Assembly (NCBI GenBank): GCA_023382335.1
Contig: JAMCPM010000019.1
Span: 446 to 64,445, forward strand
Source: Actinomycetota bacterium
GTDB taxonomy: Bacteria > Actinomycetota > Thermoleophilia > BMS3ABIN01
DNA: 64,000 bases
Reading direction: 5' to 3'
Both the position numbers and the translations under genes were made by a program. This document shows, one piece after another, positions 32,660 to 42,511 of this stretch (the stretch's first letter is position 1; the number at the start of each line of letters is the position of its first letter). The notes under the pieces were generated by a model, which saw only the letters and a list, made by a program, of their open reading frames with translations, had not been told where the DNA came from and made no database searches.

Positions 32660-35326
32660 ATGAGCAAGAAATACGTTTACGATTTCTCTGAAGGATCAAA
32701 GGACATGAAAGATCTCCTCGGCGGCAAGGGCGCAAATCTCGCCGAGATGACAACCCTGGGCATCCCGGTTCCTGACGGCTTTACAATAACCACCGAGGCC
32801 TGCATTGAATATGGCAAGCTCGGCAACAAATATCCCGACGGCCTCAAGGAAGAGGTCGAGCAGCATCTCATCCGCCTCGAGCAAACCACCGGCAAGAAGC
32901 TCGGCGATCCGGACAACCCGCTGCTGGTGAGCGTGCGCTCCGGCGCCAAGTTCTCCATGCCGGGCATGATGGACACGGTCCTCAACCTCGGCCTCAACGA
33001 CGACTCGGTCAAGGGCCTGGCCAAGAACACCGGCGACGACCGTTTCGCTTATGACGCATACCGCCGTTTCATCCAGATGTTCGGCAAGGTAGTAATGGAA
33101 GTCGACGGCCAGCTGTTCGAGGACGCCCTCACCGAGGCGCGCAACAAAGCCGGCGTCAAATTCGATAATGAACTCTCCGTCGATCAGCTCAAGGAAGTGG
33201 TCGAGGCCTTCAAGCAGATACTCGAGACAGCAACCGGGCGCTCTTTCCCCAGCGAGCCGCGCGAACAGATGGAGCTCGCCATCCAGGCGGTCTTCGGCAG
33301 CTGGGGCAACCCGCGCGCCGTCACCTACCGCCGGCATTACAATATTTCCGACGACCTCGGCACCGCGGTCAATGTGCAGCTGATGGTCTTCGGCAACATG
33401 GGCGACGACTCCGGCACCGGCGTAGCTTTCACACGCAACCCGTCAACCGGTGACAAGGAGATCTTCGGCGACTACCTGACCAATGCCCAGGGCGAGGATG
33501 TGGTCGCCGGCATCCGCAAGACCAAGAAGCTCGCGGACATGGGAAACGAGATGCCCGAGGTCTTCAAGGAGCTCACCGGCGTCATGCAGAAGCTCGAGCA
33601 GCACTATCGTGAGATGGAAGACATCGAGTTCACCATCGAGAAGAACAAGCTGTACATGTTGCAGACGCGCGACGGCAAACGCACCGCCGCCGCCGCCGTG
33701 AAGATCGCCTCCGATCTGGTTGATGAGGGCCTCATCACCAAGGAAGAGGCCGTGGCCAAGGTAGACCCGGGCCAGCTCGACCAGCTGCTTCACCCCATGA
33801 TCGATCCCACACAGACTTATGAGGCCCTCACGCAGGGCCTCAACGCTTCTCCGGGCGCTGCCGTCGGCAAGGTCGTCTTCGACGCCGATACCGCCCAGGA
33901 GCGCGGCAAGGCCGGCGAAGCCGTGATCCTCGTGCGCTGGGAGACCAGCCCCGACGACATCCACGGCCTCATCAGCGCCCAGGGCGTGCTGACCTCTCAC
34001 GGCGGCATGACCAGCCATGCGGCGGTCGTGGCACGGGGCATGGGCAAGCCGGCGGTCTGTGGCGCCGACAAGATCGATATCTCCGAAAAGGATAAACAGT
34101 TCACCGTGGATGGAACCACGGTCAAGGAAGGCGATACCCTCACCATCGACGGCACCACGGGGAAGGTCATCCTGGGGGCCGTCGATCTGGTTCCGCCCCA
34201 GATAAACGAGAACTTCCAGGCGATTGTCGGCTGGGCCGACGAGATCCGCACCATGGCCGTTCGCACCAACGCCGACACGCCCGAGGACGCAGTCAAGGCG
34301 CGCGAATTCGGCGCCCAGGGAATCGGCCTCTGCCGCACCGAGCACATGTTCATGGCAGAGGACCGGCTGCCGACGGTCCGCGCGATGATCCTCGCCGAGG
34401 ACAAGGAAGAGCGCGCAGCCGCCCTCGCCAAGCTACTGCCGATGCAGCAGGGCGATTTCGAGGGAATCTTCGAGGCCATGCACGGCCTGCCCGTCACCAT
34501 CAGGCTCCTCGACCCGCCACTGCACGAGTTCCTGCCCGATTACACAGAGCTGATGGTGGAGCTCGAGCACGCCAAGTGCACGGGCGCCTCCGAAGCCGAG
34601 ATCGCCGGGAAGGAAAGCCTCGCCGCCCGCGTCCGCTCCCTCAAGGAGATGAACCCGATGCTCGGGACACGCGGCTGCCGCCTCGGCATCCAGTGGCCCG
34701 AGATCTACGAGATGCAGGTGCGCGCCATCATGCAGGCCGCCGTCGCCGTCCAGAAGAAGATGGGCGACGCGCCGCTGGTCGAGATCATGATTCCCCTGGT
34801 CGGCTATGCCGAAGAGCTGCGCCTGATGCGCGAGCTCACGGTAACCGCCTGTGATGATGTCCTGGCCAAGGCCGGAGCCAGTATCGACTACCTGGTTGGC
34901 ACCATGATCGAGCTGCCTCGCGCGGCCCTCACCGCCGACCACATCTCCGACTACGCCGATTTCTTCAGCTTCGGCACCAACGATCTGACACAGACGACCC
35001 TGGGATTCTCCCGCGACGACGCCGAAGGAAAATTCCTCACCTATTATCTGGAGGAAGGCATCGTCAAGAACAATCCGTTCGAGACCATCGACATCAACGG
35101 CGTCGGCAAACTGGTTGAGATCGCCGTTGCCGCCAGCCGCGGCAAGAAGCCGAACATCAAGCTGGGAGTCTGCGGCGAGCACGGCGGCGAGCCCGACAGC
35201 GTCAAGTTCTGCCACCGCGCCGGACTCAACTACGTCAGCTGTTCTCCTTACCGCGTCCCGCTGGCAAGGCTGGCGGCGGCGCAGGCTGTACTGGAAGAAA
35301 AGCAGATGGCGTATTCGACCGCGTAA
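32660..35326 (+). CDS. ppdK: pyruvate, phosphate dikinase
   Basis: GGKGANLAEM, phosphohistidine segment GGMTSHAAVVARGMG, and a C-terminal PEP-utilizer TIM barrel (GLCRTEHMF...FFSFGTNDLTQ). Confidence 0.97.
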   Translation: MSKKYVYDFSEGSKDMKDLLGGKGANLAEMTTLGIPVPDGFTITTEACIEYGKLGNKYPDGLKEEVEQHLIRLEQTTGKKLGDPDNPLLVSVRSGAKFSMPGMMDTVLNLGLNDDSVKGLAKNTGDDRFAYDAYRRFIQMFGKVVMEVDGQLFEDALTEARNKAGVKFDNELSVDQLKEVVEAFKQILETATGRSFPSEPREQMELAIQAVFGSWGNPRAVTYRRHYNISDDLGTAVNVQLMVFGNMGDDSGTGVAFTRNPSTGDKEIFGDYLTNAQGEDVVAGIRKTKKLADMGNEMPEVFKELTGVMQKLEQHYREMEDIEFTIEKNKLYMLQTRDGKRTAAAAVKIASDLVDEGLITKEEAVAKVDPGQLDQLLHPMIDPTQTYEALTQGLNASPGAAVGKVVFDADTAQERGKAGEAVILVRWETSPDDIHGLISAQGVLTSHGGMTSHAAVVARGMGKPAVCGADKIDISEKDKQFTVDGTTVKEGDTLTIDGTTGKVILGAVDLVPPQINENFQAIVGWADEIRTMAVRTNADTPEDAVKAREFGAQGIGLCRTEHMFMAEDRLPTVRAMILAEDKEERAAALAKLLPMQQGDFEGIFEAMHGLPVTIRLLDPPLHEFLPDYTELMVELEHAKCTGASEAEIAGKESLAARVRSLKEMNPMLGTRGCRLGIQWPEIYEMQVRAIMQAAVAVQKKMGDAPLVEIMIPLVGYAEELRLMRELTVTACDDVLAKAGASIDYLVGTMIELPRAALTADHISDYADFFSFGTNDLTQTTLGFSRDDAEGKFLTYYLEEGIVKNNPFETIDINGVGKLVEIAVAASRGKKPNIKLGVCGEHGGEPDSVKFCHRAGLNYVSCSPYRVPLARLAAAQAVLEEKQMAYSTA

Positions 35327-35354
35327 GCTTCCGCGGCGCCTATAAGCAAATACG

Positions 35355-35380
35355 CAGGCCGGACCCTCAAGTCCGGCCTG
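35355..35380 (+). terminator. GC-rich hairpin after ppdK (weak T-tract)
   Basis: CAGGCCGGAC-cctcaa-GTCCGGCCTG, a 10-bp stem followed only by TTCC. A perfect TATAAT at 35400-35405 follows, upstream of dgt. Confidence 0.45.
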
Positions 35381-35436
35381 TTCCATCCGGCGAGTGGGTT
35401 ATAATTTTCTTCAATGGTCACCAACCCGAAAGCCAA

Positions 35437-36456
35437 ATGAGCGCCAACCCGACATCTGCGTCGATCACTGAACACTGGGAGGAAGAAAACCTCTCCGGCT
35501 TCGCGGTCAGGTCCGCAAATAGCCAGGGCCGCGCCCTGCATGAGGAGTCCTGCTCACTGCGCACCTGCTTCCAGCGCGACCGCGACCGCATCGTCCACAG
35601 CAAGAGCTTCCGCCGGCTGAAACACAAGACCCAGGTCTTTATCGCCCCGGAAGGCGACCATTACCGCACCCGGCTCACCCACACGCTCGAGGTCTCGGGA
35701 ATCTCCCGTACGGCCGCCCGCGCGCTACGCCTCAACGAGGACCTGGCCGAAGCGATCAGCCTCGGCCACGACCTGGGGCATACCCCCTTCGGCCATATCG
35801 GCGAGGACGCCCTCTGCAGCTCCCTGGAAAGACGCACGGGAGTTCGCTTCGAGCACAACCATCAGAGCCTGCGGGTGGTCCGTTATCTTGAAAACGGTGG
35901 CCGCGGACTCAATCTCTGCCGTGAGGTCGAGGACGGCATACTCAATCACACGGGGCCGGATCTGCCGGCGACGCTCGAGGGCCGCATCGTCCGCATCGCC
36001 GATCGCGTGGCCTACATCAACCACGATATCGATGACGCCCTGCGCGCCGGGATAATCGATCCGGAAGACCTGCCCGAACGGGAGATCTCCCTGCTGGGCG
36101 GCACCGGAAGCCAGCGCATCGATGCTTTGGTCCACGACCTCGTCGATTCCAGCTGGGAGAAAGGCAACATCATCCAGAGCCCGCCGATGAAGCAGGCCAC
36201 CGACAACATGCGCGCGTTCCTTTACGAGCGCGTCTATATCGGCTCGGTGGCCAGCCGCGAAACCGTTCGCGTCAACGGCCTGGTGGAAAGCCTCTTCAAA
36301 CACTACTTCGAGAACCCCGGCCTGCTGCCGGGCTATGTGCAAAACAGCCAAGACGATCTTTCGACCAGCGTCGCCGATTACATCGCCGGCATGACCGACC
36401 GTTATGCCATCAGGGCCTTCAAGGATCTTTTCCTGCCCAGCGAGTGGGAGCTCTAG
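35437..36456 (+). CDS. dgt: dGTPase-like HD-domain triphosphohydrolase
   Basis: RDRDRIVHSKSFRRLKHKTQVF and HYRTRLTHTLEV...GHDLGHTPFGH. Confidence 0.9.
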   Translation: MSANPTSASITEHWEEENLSGFAVRSANSQGRALHEESCSLRTCFQRDRDRIVHSKSFRRLKHKTQVFIAPEGDHYRTRLTHTLEVSGISRTAARALRLNEDLAEAISLGHDLGHTPFGHIGEDALCSSLERRTGVRFEHNHQSLRVVRYLENGGRGLNLCREVEDGILNHTGPDLPATLEGRIVRIADRVAYINHDIDDALRAGIIDPEDLPEREISLLGGTGSQRIDALVHDLVDSSWEKGNIIQSPPMKQATDNMRAFLYERVYIGSVASRETVRVNGLVESLFKHYFENPGLLPGYVQNSQDDLSTSVADYIAGMTDRYAIRAFKDLFLPSEWEL

Positions 36457-36510
36457 GATGAGATCGCAGCCGCCGGCTCCAGCCGCGCAAATAACAGACC
36501 GGTTCTCCAA

Positions 36511-38295
36511 ATGGCTCTGATACAACAGGCCAGCATCCAGGCTGTGCTCGACGCCTGCGACATGCTCGAGGTCGTCGCTCCCTATACCACGCTCAGGAAG
36601 AGCGGCAGCAATTACATGGGCCGATGCCCTTTCCACGGCGAGAAGACACCTTCTTTCTCGGTTGACCCGGCGCAGAAACTTTATTACTGCTTCGGCTGCG
36701 GCGAGGGTGGCAATGTCTTCTCGTTCATCGAGAAGAAAGAGGGCCTCGATTTTGCCGACGCGGTGAAGATGCTTGCAGACAAATATGGCGTCCGCCTCCA
36801 GTACGAGGAGAGTAGCCCCGAGTTCGAGGAAAAACGTCAGCGGCACGAGCGGCTGCTGGCGGTCCTCGACCAGACAGCGGCCTATTATTCACGGTGTCTG
36901 CAGGAATCAGGCGCCGCCGAAGGCGCGCGCCGCTATCTCGCCGATCGCGGCTTCAAGGAAGATGTCATCAGGGAATTCCGCCTCGGCTTTTCACCGCCCG
37001 GGGGGCAGTCGCTGATCAGGGCGGCTTCCAGCAAAGGCTACGCCGCCGGCGAGCTCTCCCGCGCCGGACTCGTCATCGAGCGCGGCGGACGCTCTTACGA
37101 CCGTTTCCGTAACCGTCTGATGTTCCCGTTTACCGATCACCGGGGCCGCGTGTTGGGATTTGGAGCCAGGGTGCTGGACGATAGCAAGCCCAAGTATCTG
37201 AACTCACCCGACTCAGACCTGTATCACAAGACCAACCTGTTGTTCGGGCTGGGCAACGCCCGGGCCGCGATCGCCAAGGAAGACCGCGCCTATATCGTCG
37301 AAGGCTATACGGACGTGCTGGCCCTCAACCAGGCCGGTATCGTCAATGCCGTGGCTTCAATGGGAACCGCGCTGACCGAGCAGCAGCTGCGGGAGATATC
37401 ACGCTTTACCCGCAATGTCTATCTGTCATTCGACGCCGATGCAGCCGGTCAGGCGGCGATGCTAAGAGCCCTGGAGCTGGCAAAAAAGCTGGGATTATCG
37501 GTAAGAGTAGTGCAGATCCCGCAGGGGAAAGACCCAGCCGATCTCATGCTCGCCGATGGCGGCGCCGGGACTTTCACGGAACTTGCCGCTGCTGCGCCAA
37601 CGTTGCTAGAATACCAGGTCCAGGCTGCGCTCTCGGCCTCGGGAATCGACAGCTCAGAGGGCAGGATGAAAGCCTTCTCGGCGCTGAAGCAGATACTTGC
37701 CGGGGCGGCGAACTCAATCGAGCGGGACGAACAGCTGAGAATTATCGCCGATCGACTCCGCCTTAGTCCGGAAAATGTGGCATACTTAATGGTATCGGCC
37801 TCCCTGCACGATAACGGTGGAGACGGGGGGACAGGACGGCGGGTATTATCTCACGAGGAAATTGCTGAGAGAAGCTTTCTCAGCCTGTGCCTGGAAAATC
37901 CAGGGGAGGCCAGAAGGTACTTGCAGCTGATGACCGACGCTCACTTCACTACTGAGTCTCACAAGGCCGCATTCAACTGGGTCAGAGAGAGGCTGGAAGC
38001 AAAGGATGACGGGTCAGGGATCGATTACGCCCGCATGCCCCTGGACAGCAAGGCCCGGGAGATTTTGCCCGAGCTCATGATCCGCTCACGCACCGAATCA
38101 TCCTCTCCCGAAGCGCTACCGGAATTTTATTTCAGACTTTGTGAAGCCGAGCTTTCCCGTCGCATCAGCACCGTCAAGGCAAGGGTCGCCGGGGGAAATG
38201 AAGCGGAATCTGAGCTGAAGGAACTATACCGCCTTGAAGCAAGGCGCCGCGACATCCTCCAGTTGATCCAGTCCGGAACCTACGAGACCGTATGA
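36511..38295 (+). CDS. dnaG: DNA primase
   Basis: Zinc finger [13 protein letters not shown]...CFGCGEGG and a TOPRIM domain ([12 protein letters not shown]). Confidence 0.95.
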   Translation: MALIQQASIQAVLDACDMLEVVAPYTTLRKSGSNYMGRCPFHGEKTPSFSVDPAQKLYYCFGCGEGGNVFSFIEKKEGLDFADAVKMLADKYGVRLQYEESSPEFEEKRQRHERLLAVLDQTAAYYSRCLQESGAAEGARRYLADRGFKEDVIREFRLGFSPPGGQSLIRAASSKGYAAGELSRAGLVIERGGRSYDRFRNRLMFPFTDHRGRVLGFGARVLDDSKPKYLNSPDSDLYHKTNLLFGLGNARAAIAKEDRAYIVEGYTDVLALNQAGIVNAVASMGTALTEQQLREISRFTRNVYLSFDADAAGQAAMLRALELAKKLGLSVRVVQIPQGKDPADLMLADGGAGTFTELAAAAPTLLEYQVQAALSASGIDSSEGRMKAFSALKQILAGAANSIERDEQLRIIADRLRLSPENVAYLMVSASLHDNGGDGGTGRRVLSHEEIAERSFLSLCLENPGEARRYLQLMTDAHFTTESHKAAFNWVRERLEAKDDGSGIDYARMPLDSKAREILPELMIRSRTESSSPEALPEFYFRLCEAELSRRISTVKARVAGGNEAESELKELYRLEARRRDILQLIQSGTYETV

Positions 38296-39413
38296 GCCAT
38301 TCCGAGGACACCAGCATGAGCCATTCCGACGAAATCACTATCGACGAGGTTCGTGAACTCATCCTTGAGGGCCGGGAACAGGGTTACCTGTCATCCGACC
38401 GGGTCGCCGATGTCCTGCAGGATATCGAACTCTCAACCGAGCAGATCGAGAACATATACGGTGTCTTTCTCGACATGGGCATCGACGTGGTCGAGGAGGA
38501 CGAAGACCTTATCCTGGCCGCCGCTGAGGAAGCCAAGCAGAACGAACAGGAGATCATCAGCCGCCTCGATCTCACCGTCAAGACGCCTACCAGTGACCCG
38601 GTCCGCCTCTATCTCAAGGAGATCGGCAGGGTACCGCTGCTCACCGCCGAGGAAGAAGTCACCCTGGCCAAACGCATCGAGCGCCAGGACATGGAGGCGA
38701 AGCGCAAGCTTATACAGGCCAATCTGCGACTGGTGGTAAGCATCGCCAAACGTTATGTTGGCAGAGGAATGCTCTTCCTCGACCTTATCCAGGAAGGTAA
38801 TCTCGGACTGATTCGCGCCGTCGAAAAATTCGACTATCGCAAAGGTTACAAATTCTCAACTTATGCCACCTGGTGGATTCGCCAGGCCATAACCAGGGCC
38901 ATCGCCGATCAGGCGCGGACGATCCGCATCCCGGTGCACATGGTCGAGACCATCAACAAGCTCATCCGGGTGCAGCGCCAACTGCTTCAGGACAAGGGCC
39001 GCGAGCCTACCCCGTTCGAGATCGCCAAGGAAATGGACACCACCCCGGAGAAGGTCCGGGAGATCCTCAAAATTTCGCAGGAGCCTGTTTCCCTGGAGAC
39101 GCCCATCGGTGAAGAGGAAGACAGCCAGCTGGGTGATTTCATCGAGGACAACGACGCCGTGGCGCCGGTCGACGCCGTCTCCGACATCATGCAAAAAGAA
39201 GACCTGGCCGAAGTGCTTGGCAGCCTCACCCACCGCGAGCGCAAGGTCATCGAGCTGCGTTTCGGTCTTAAAGGCGAACACCCGCGCACGCTCGAGGAGG
39301 TCGGCCAGAAATTCGGGGTGACCCGAGAGAGAATCAGGCAGATCGAAGCCAAAACCCTGGTGAAACTCAAGAGTTACCGTGAGTCGCAGAAGTTAAAGGA
39401 ATTCCTGGAATAA
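38292..39413 (+). CDS. rpoD: primary RNA polymerase sigma factor
   Basis: Regions 1.2-4.2, including [31 protein letters not shown] and [24 protein letters not shown] overlap with dnaG; a second in-frame ATG lies at 38316. Confidence 0.96.
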   Translation: MSHSEDTSMSHSDEITIDEVRELILEGREQGYLSSDRVADVLQDIELSTEQIENIYGVFLDMGIDVVEEDEDLILAAAEEAKQNEQEIISRLDLTVKTPTSDPVRLYLKEIGRVPLLTAEEEVTLAKRIERQDMEAKRKLIQANLRLVVSIAKRYVGRGMLFLDLIQEGNLGLIRAVEKFDYRKGYKFSTYATWWIRQAITRAIADQARTIRIPVHMVETINKLIRVQRQLLQDKGREPTPFEIAKEMDTTPEKVREILKISQEPVSLETPIGEEEDSQLGDFIEDNDAVAPVDAVSDIMQKEDLAEVLGSLTHRERKVIELRFGLKGEHPRTLEEVGQKFGVTRERIRQIEAKTLVKLKSYRESQKLKEFLE

Positions 39414-39507
39414 TAAGTCACAAGCGCCGCTGGGGCCTCGAAGCCGGTCCAAACCCTCGAAACTGATTCAAACCCTCGAAACAAAACCATAGTGGTTGAC
39501 GTCAAAC

Positions 39508-39535
39508 TTGAACTATGTCGAGCTGATGATATACT
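39508..39535 (+). promoter_or_regulatory. sigma-70-like promoter TTGAAC-16-TGaTATACT
   Basis: -35 TTGAAC at 39508-39513; extended -10 TGATATACT ending at 39535. About 75 nt upstream of the Cys-rich ORF. Confidence 0.45.
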
Positions 39536-39610
39536 AAGCACCCCCGAAGCATATTCAATCCCCATTTCAGTCCAGCGGATAGCCGTTGGAAAAGGAGGGA
39601 AGAGAGCGCA

Positions 39611-39889
39611 GTGGACGAGCATGAAAAAGCGCTCAAGTGCTGGCAGCTTAGGCCAAATTGTATGATGCGGCATCAAAGCCAGCAGAAGGCCAGCTGTCCT
39701 GCCTACCGCGAGGGGAAGGGCTGCTGGGAGGTAGACTGGAAGAGCATCGTCGCCCGCCTTGATGCCACTCAGCGCACCTACTGGCTTTCCTTCCTGAATA
39801 ACTGCGAGAACTGCGTGGCATACAAGAATCACCCCGAGGAAATGCAGGCCCGGATCGAAGCTGTCAAGTCGCTCGTCTACGACGACTGA
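39611..39889 (+). CDS. small cysteine-rich protein (CW...C...CP...CW...CxxC module; resembles the family I recall as 'two-CW domain')
   Basis: 92 aa: KCWQLRPNC...SCPAYREGKGCWEV...NCENCVAY. GGAGGG SD before the GTG at 39611. The same Cys pattern recurs inside the kinase at 43151-43294. Confidence 0.65.
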   Translation: MDEHEKALKCWQLRPNCMMRHQSQQKASCPAYREGKGCWEVDWKSIVARLDATQRTYWLSFLNNCENCVAYKNHPEEMQARIEAVKSLVYDD

Positions 39890-39901
39890 GGGCAACCTTT
39901 C

Positions 39902-39931
39902 TTGAAAAGGCTCTTCCGGCCCCTCTATAAT
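39902..39931 (+). promoter_or_regulatory. sigma-70-like promoter TTGAAA-18-TATAAT for tRNA-Asn
   Basis: TTGAAA at 39902-39907 and TATAAT at 39926-39931, 20 nt before the tRNA 5' end. Confidence 0.55.
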
Positions 39932-39950
39932 GCAATTACTCCAATGCTGC

Positions 39951-40025
39951 TCCTCGGTAGCTCAATGGTAGAGCGTCCGGCTGTTAACCGGATTGTTGCA
40001 GGTTCGAGTCCTGCCCGAGGAGCCA
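39951..40025 (+). tRNA. tRNA-Asn (GTT)
   Basis: Acceptor TCCTCGG/CCGAGGA, anticodon loop CTGTTAA, T-loop GGTTCGAGTCC, encoded CCA. Close to the E. coli tRNA-Asn layout. Confidence 0.95.
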
Positions 40026-40099
40026 GATCTTCAAGACATCCTTTCGCAGCCTGGCTATCGCAACAACCGAATTATGGCTGATGGCGCCGATCATGAGAC

Positions 40100-40471
40100 T
40101 TGAAGTACTTTAAGGGTTATCCCCGATGCCGGTTTTCCTCGGATAAAACTATACTGAAACACATGGATTCCCTCGCTTGCCCATACTGTGGCCAGCAAAA
40201 ACACGATGAGGCTGTCGATTTTGCTAGCTGTCATATTTGTGGCTTAAAGTCGGCGCTGGTGCCGTCTGGCGACAGCATGCTGCTGATTGTTGACCGTCGC
40301 ATGCCCTATCTCAAGCGCCGCTGTAATGAGATCGCCGAGATGAATCCCGCGTTCAAGGTCATTGTCGACAGAAGAATCAATCAGGATCCCCACGAAGAAC
40401 CAGATCGCAGAATAGCCGCTCCCGCGGAGCTGATTTCTGATTCAGAAACAGATTATACAGTCACTTCCTGA
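40100..40471 (+). CDS. hypothetical zinc-ribbon protein with DRR-repeat tail
   Basis: CPYCGQ...CHICG ribbon, then LLIVDRR...VIVDRRINQDPHEEPDRR. Start uncertain: TTG 40100 or ATG 40163. Confidence 0.4.
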   Translation: MKYFKGYPRCRFSSDKTILKHMDSLACPYCGQQKHDEAVDFASCHICGLKSALVPSGDSMLLIVDRRMPYLKRRCNEIAEMNPAFKVIVDRRINQDPHEEPDRRIAAPAELISDSETDYTVTS

Positions 40472-40513
40472 GGCGGGCGCACCGGAGCGTCAAAAAGGTC
40501 CGCAGAACAAAAC

Positions 40514-41101
40514 CTAGGCAGATTCCGCTAGCGCCCTTCCTGACTCGTACGCTTCCTGCAAGGCATCTTCTCTGGCCTCTATCTCTCCCTTGTCATCAAT
40601 TCCTCTTACCATCACGTAGAGATCTTCACGCGGCCTGGTTGAGATCGCATCAAAGAAGTACTTGAGGGTCTTCATGGCTCCTTCAAAAAGGTTCTCACCT
40701 CGCGTGCCGCCGACTCCTATGAATGACCCCAGTCGCTCCGGAGCGTCCGCTTTCCGAGGGAACGCCTCCTTCAGGACATACTTCAGCGCCCAGTAACACT
40801 GGCAGCGGTCGATGACGGTCTTCATCTGCGAAGTCAGACCCATGAAGAAGATAGGGGAGGCGATGATGATGCGGTCGGCCCGCTCGATGGCCTCATAGAT
40901 TGAGTCCATCTCATCGCCGAGAGTGCAGGTCCCGGATTCAAAACAGTCGTTGCATTCGATGCAACCCGAGATCTGGTAATCGCACAAGACGATCTTCTCG
41001 GTGCTTGCGCCCGCCGCTTCGGCGCCGGCCAGGGCACGGTCCAGTAGAGTCTCCGTGTTGCCGGAGCGGCGGGGGCTGCCTGACAGGCCAATGACTATCA
41101 C
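40514..41101 (-). CDS. flavodoxin-fold FMN reductase / iron-sulfur flavoprotein-like
   Basis: IVIGLSGSPRRSGNTETL FMN-binding N-terminus and a compact Cys cluster CDYQISGCIECNDCFESGTC. GTG 41101 overlaps the upstream stop (GTGA); the track start at 41179 is rejected. Confidence 0.75.
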   Translation of the reverse strand: MIVIGLSGSPRRSGNTETLLDRALAGAEAAGASTEKIVLCDYQISGCIECNDCFESGTCTLGDEMDSIYEAIERADRIIIASPIFFMGLTSQMKTVIDRCQCYWALKYVLKEAFPRKADAPERLGSFIGVGGTRGENLFEGAMKTLKYFFDAISTRPREDLYVMVRGIDDKGEIEAREDALQEAYESGRALAESA

Positions 41102-41733
41102 GGCTCGAAGCGCCTGACTTTTGAGTTTAGAGAAATCCTGCTGGGAGTGGGAGGTTCGCCCGCGGCATAACCCAGGCAAACGAGCGCCAGCAGGTGTTTG
41201 CCCGGGTTGACATTAAGGAAGCGGGAAACGAGTTCCCGGTCGAAGAAGGTAAACCAAAGGCTGGCGAGCCCCAACGCCTGAGCCGCCAGCAGCATATTTT
41301 GTATGGCGGCGGCGCAGGCGTATTTATAGCCATCCTGTACCCGGCCGGGACCCACCTGACTGATCGGTGGATTGGGATCGCCTACGACAGCGATGATAAC
41401 CGGGACATCCTTCAGGAAAGAAAGGGAATACCGATTGGCCGGATCGACTTCGGTCTCGACGGCCTGCGCCTGGGGTATGGGCCGGATGTATGAAAATCCA
41501 TGCAGCTCGATATTGCCGCTTTTGCGGGCCTCTTCAGAAAGATCGACCAGGTGCCCCCTGGCATCCCCGTCAGTTACTATTATAAATTCCCAGGGTTGAC
41601 CATTTGCCGGCGACGGCGCCCAGTGCGCCGCCTCCAGTATCTGATCGATCTTTTCCGGTTCTACGGGATCACTTTGATAAGCCCTGTGGCTCCGCCTGTT
41701 CCTGATGGCGTCAAATACGTCCATAATCACCAC
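41098..41733 (-). CDS. nitroreductase family protein
   Basis: FDAIRNRRSHRAYQSDPV...ILEAAHWAPSPANGQPWEF. Confidence 0.88.
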   Translation of the reverse strand: MVIMDVFDAIRNRRSHRAYQSDPVEPEKIDQILEAAHWAPSPANGQPWEFIIVTDGDARGHLVDLSEEARKSGNIELHGFSYIRPIPQAQAVETEVDPANRYSLSFLKDVPVIIAVVGDPNPPISQVGPGRVQDGYKYACAAAIQNMLLAAQALGLASLWFTFFDRELVSRFLNVNPGKHLLALVCLGYAAGEPPTPSRISLNSKVRRFEP

Positions 41734-41784
41734 CTACAGGCGTATATCCCGTGGGCCTCAGCAGTAAACGTTTTCCTGGTAACG

Positions 41785-42213
41785 TTACCTCTTTTTCCGG
41801 CTAGCGGCCTTCTTCTTGGCGGCCGGCTTGCGGGCGGTCTTCTTTGCAGCGGCTTTCCGTGCCGGCTTGCGTGCAACTTTTTTCCTGGCGGTCTTCTTCT
41901 TGGCGGCCGGCTTGCGGGCTAACTTCTTCTTCGCTGTTTTCTTCTTGGCCACGGTCTTGCGGGCGGTCTTCTTGGCGGCCTTTTTCGCAGCCGGCTTGCG
42001 GGCTACCTTCTTCTTCGCTGTTTTCTTCTTGGCCACGGTCTTGCGGGCGGTCTTCTTGGCGGCCGGCTTGCGCGCTACCTTTTTCTTGGCGGTTGTCTTC
42101 TTCGCCGCAGATTTGCGGACAGTTTTCTTGGCGGCCGGCTTGCGGGCTACCTTCTTCTTTGCTGTTTTCTTCTTGGCTACTTTCTTCCTGGTCGCTGTTT
42201 TCTTTGCTGCCAT
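41785..42213 (-). CDS. histone H1-like Lys/Ala-rich repetitive DNA-binding protein
   Basis: 142 aa made almost entirely of [16 protein letters not shown]-type repeats. The DNA shows matching tandem repeats. GGAGGAAG SD. Confidence 0.75.
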   Translation of the reverse strand: MAAKKTATRKKVAKKKTAKKKVARKPAAKKTVRKSAAKKTTAKKKVARKPAAKKTARKTVAKKKTAKKKVARKPAAKKAAKKTARKTVAKKKTAKKKLARKPAAKKKTARKKVARKPARKAAAKKTARKPAAKKKAASRKKR

Positions 42214-42511
42214 ATGCTTCCTCCTTGTGAAGGTTTAGACCGGGACTTGCACTAACGGCCCGATCCGCTGACCTAATCTAATAACCAAAACATAAAAAGG
42301 TCAATCATTAATCGATACTGCAACGATTTACTTTTTTAAAATAAACACCTCCTGCCGGTTCAGGATTAACAGGTTGTTGCCGATGGGGCACCTACGGATG
42401 GGGAGGCTCACAATTTTCCCTCCGCTGGAATCGTTTCAAGAATCGAAACGGCTGTTTGCATGAACTGCCTGGGTCGTTCCTGTCCATAATCTACTTTCAT
42501 GTCAACTTACT

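Noticed and set aside
36971-36979. GGGAATTCC, within a shared 13-mer ATCAGGGAATTCC that also occurs at 21702-21714, inside dnaG.
   Set aside because: It lies within conserved coding sequence (IREFRLGF) and is an incomplete palindrome. Most likely coincidence.
38292-38335. Duplicated ATGAGCCATTCCGA, 24 nt apart, at the rpoD start ([14 protein letters not shown]).
   Set aside because: The repeat is real, but it only creates two alternative in-frame starts for the non-conserved sigma N-terminus. No further significance could be supported.
41785-42240. Regularly spaced DNA repeats that could look like a CRISPR array. The plus-strand ORFs 41816-42238 and 41844-42230 fall in the same region.
   Set aside because: The repeats are in-frame coding repeats of the Lys/Ala-rich protein, with no unique spacers. 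The plus-strand ORFs are antisense shadows (Phe/Ala/Leu-rich).
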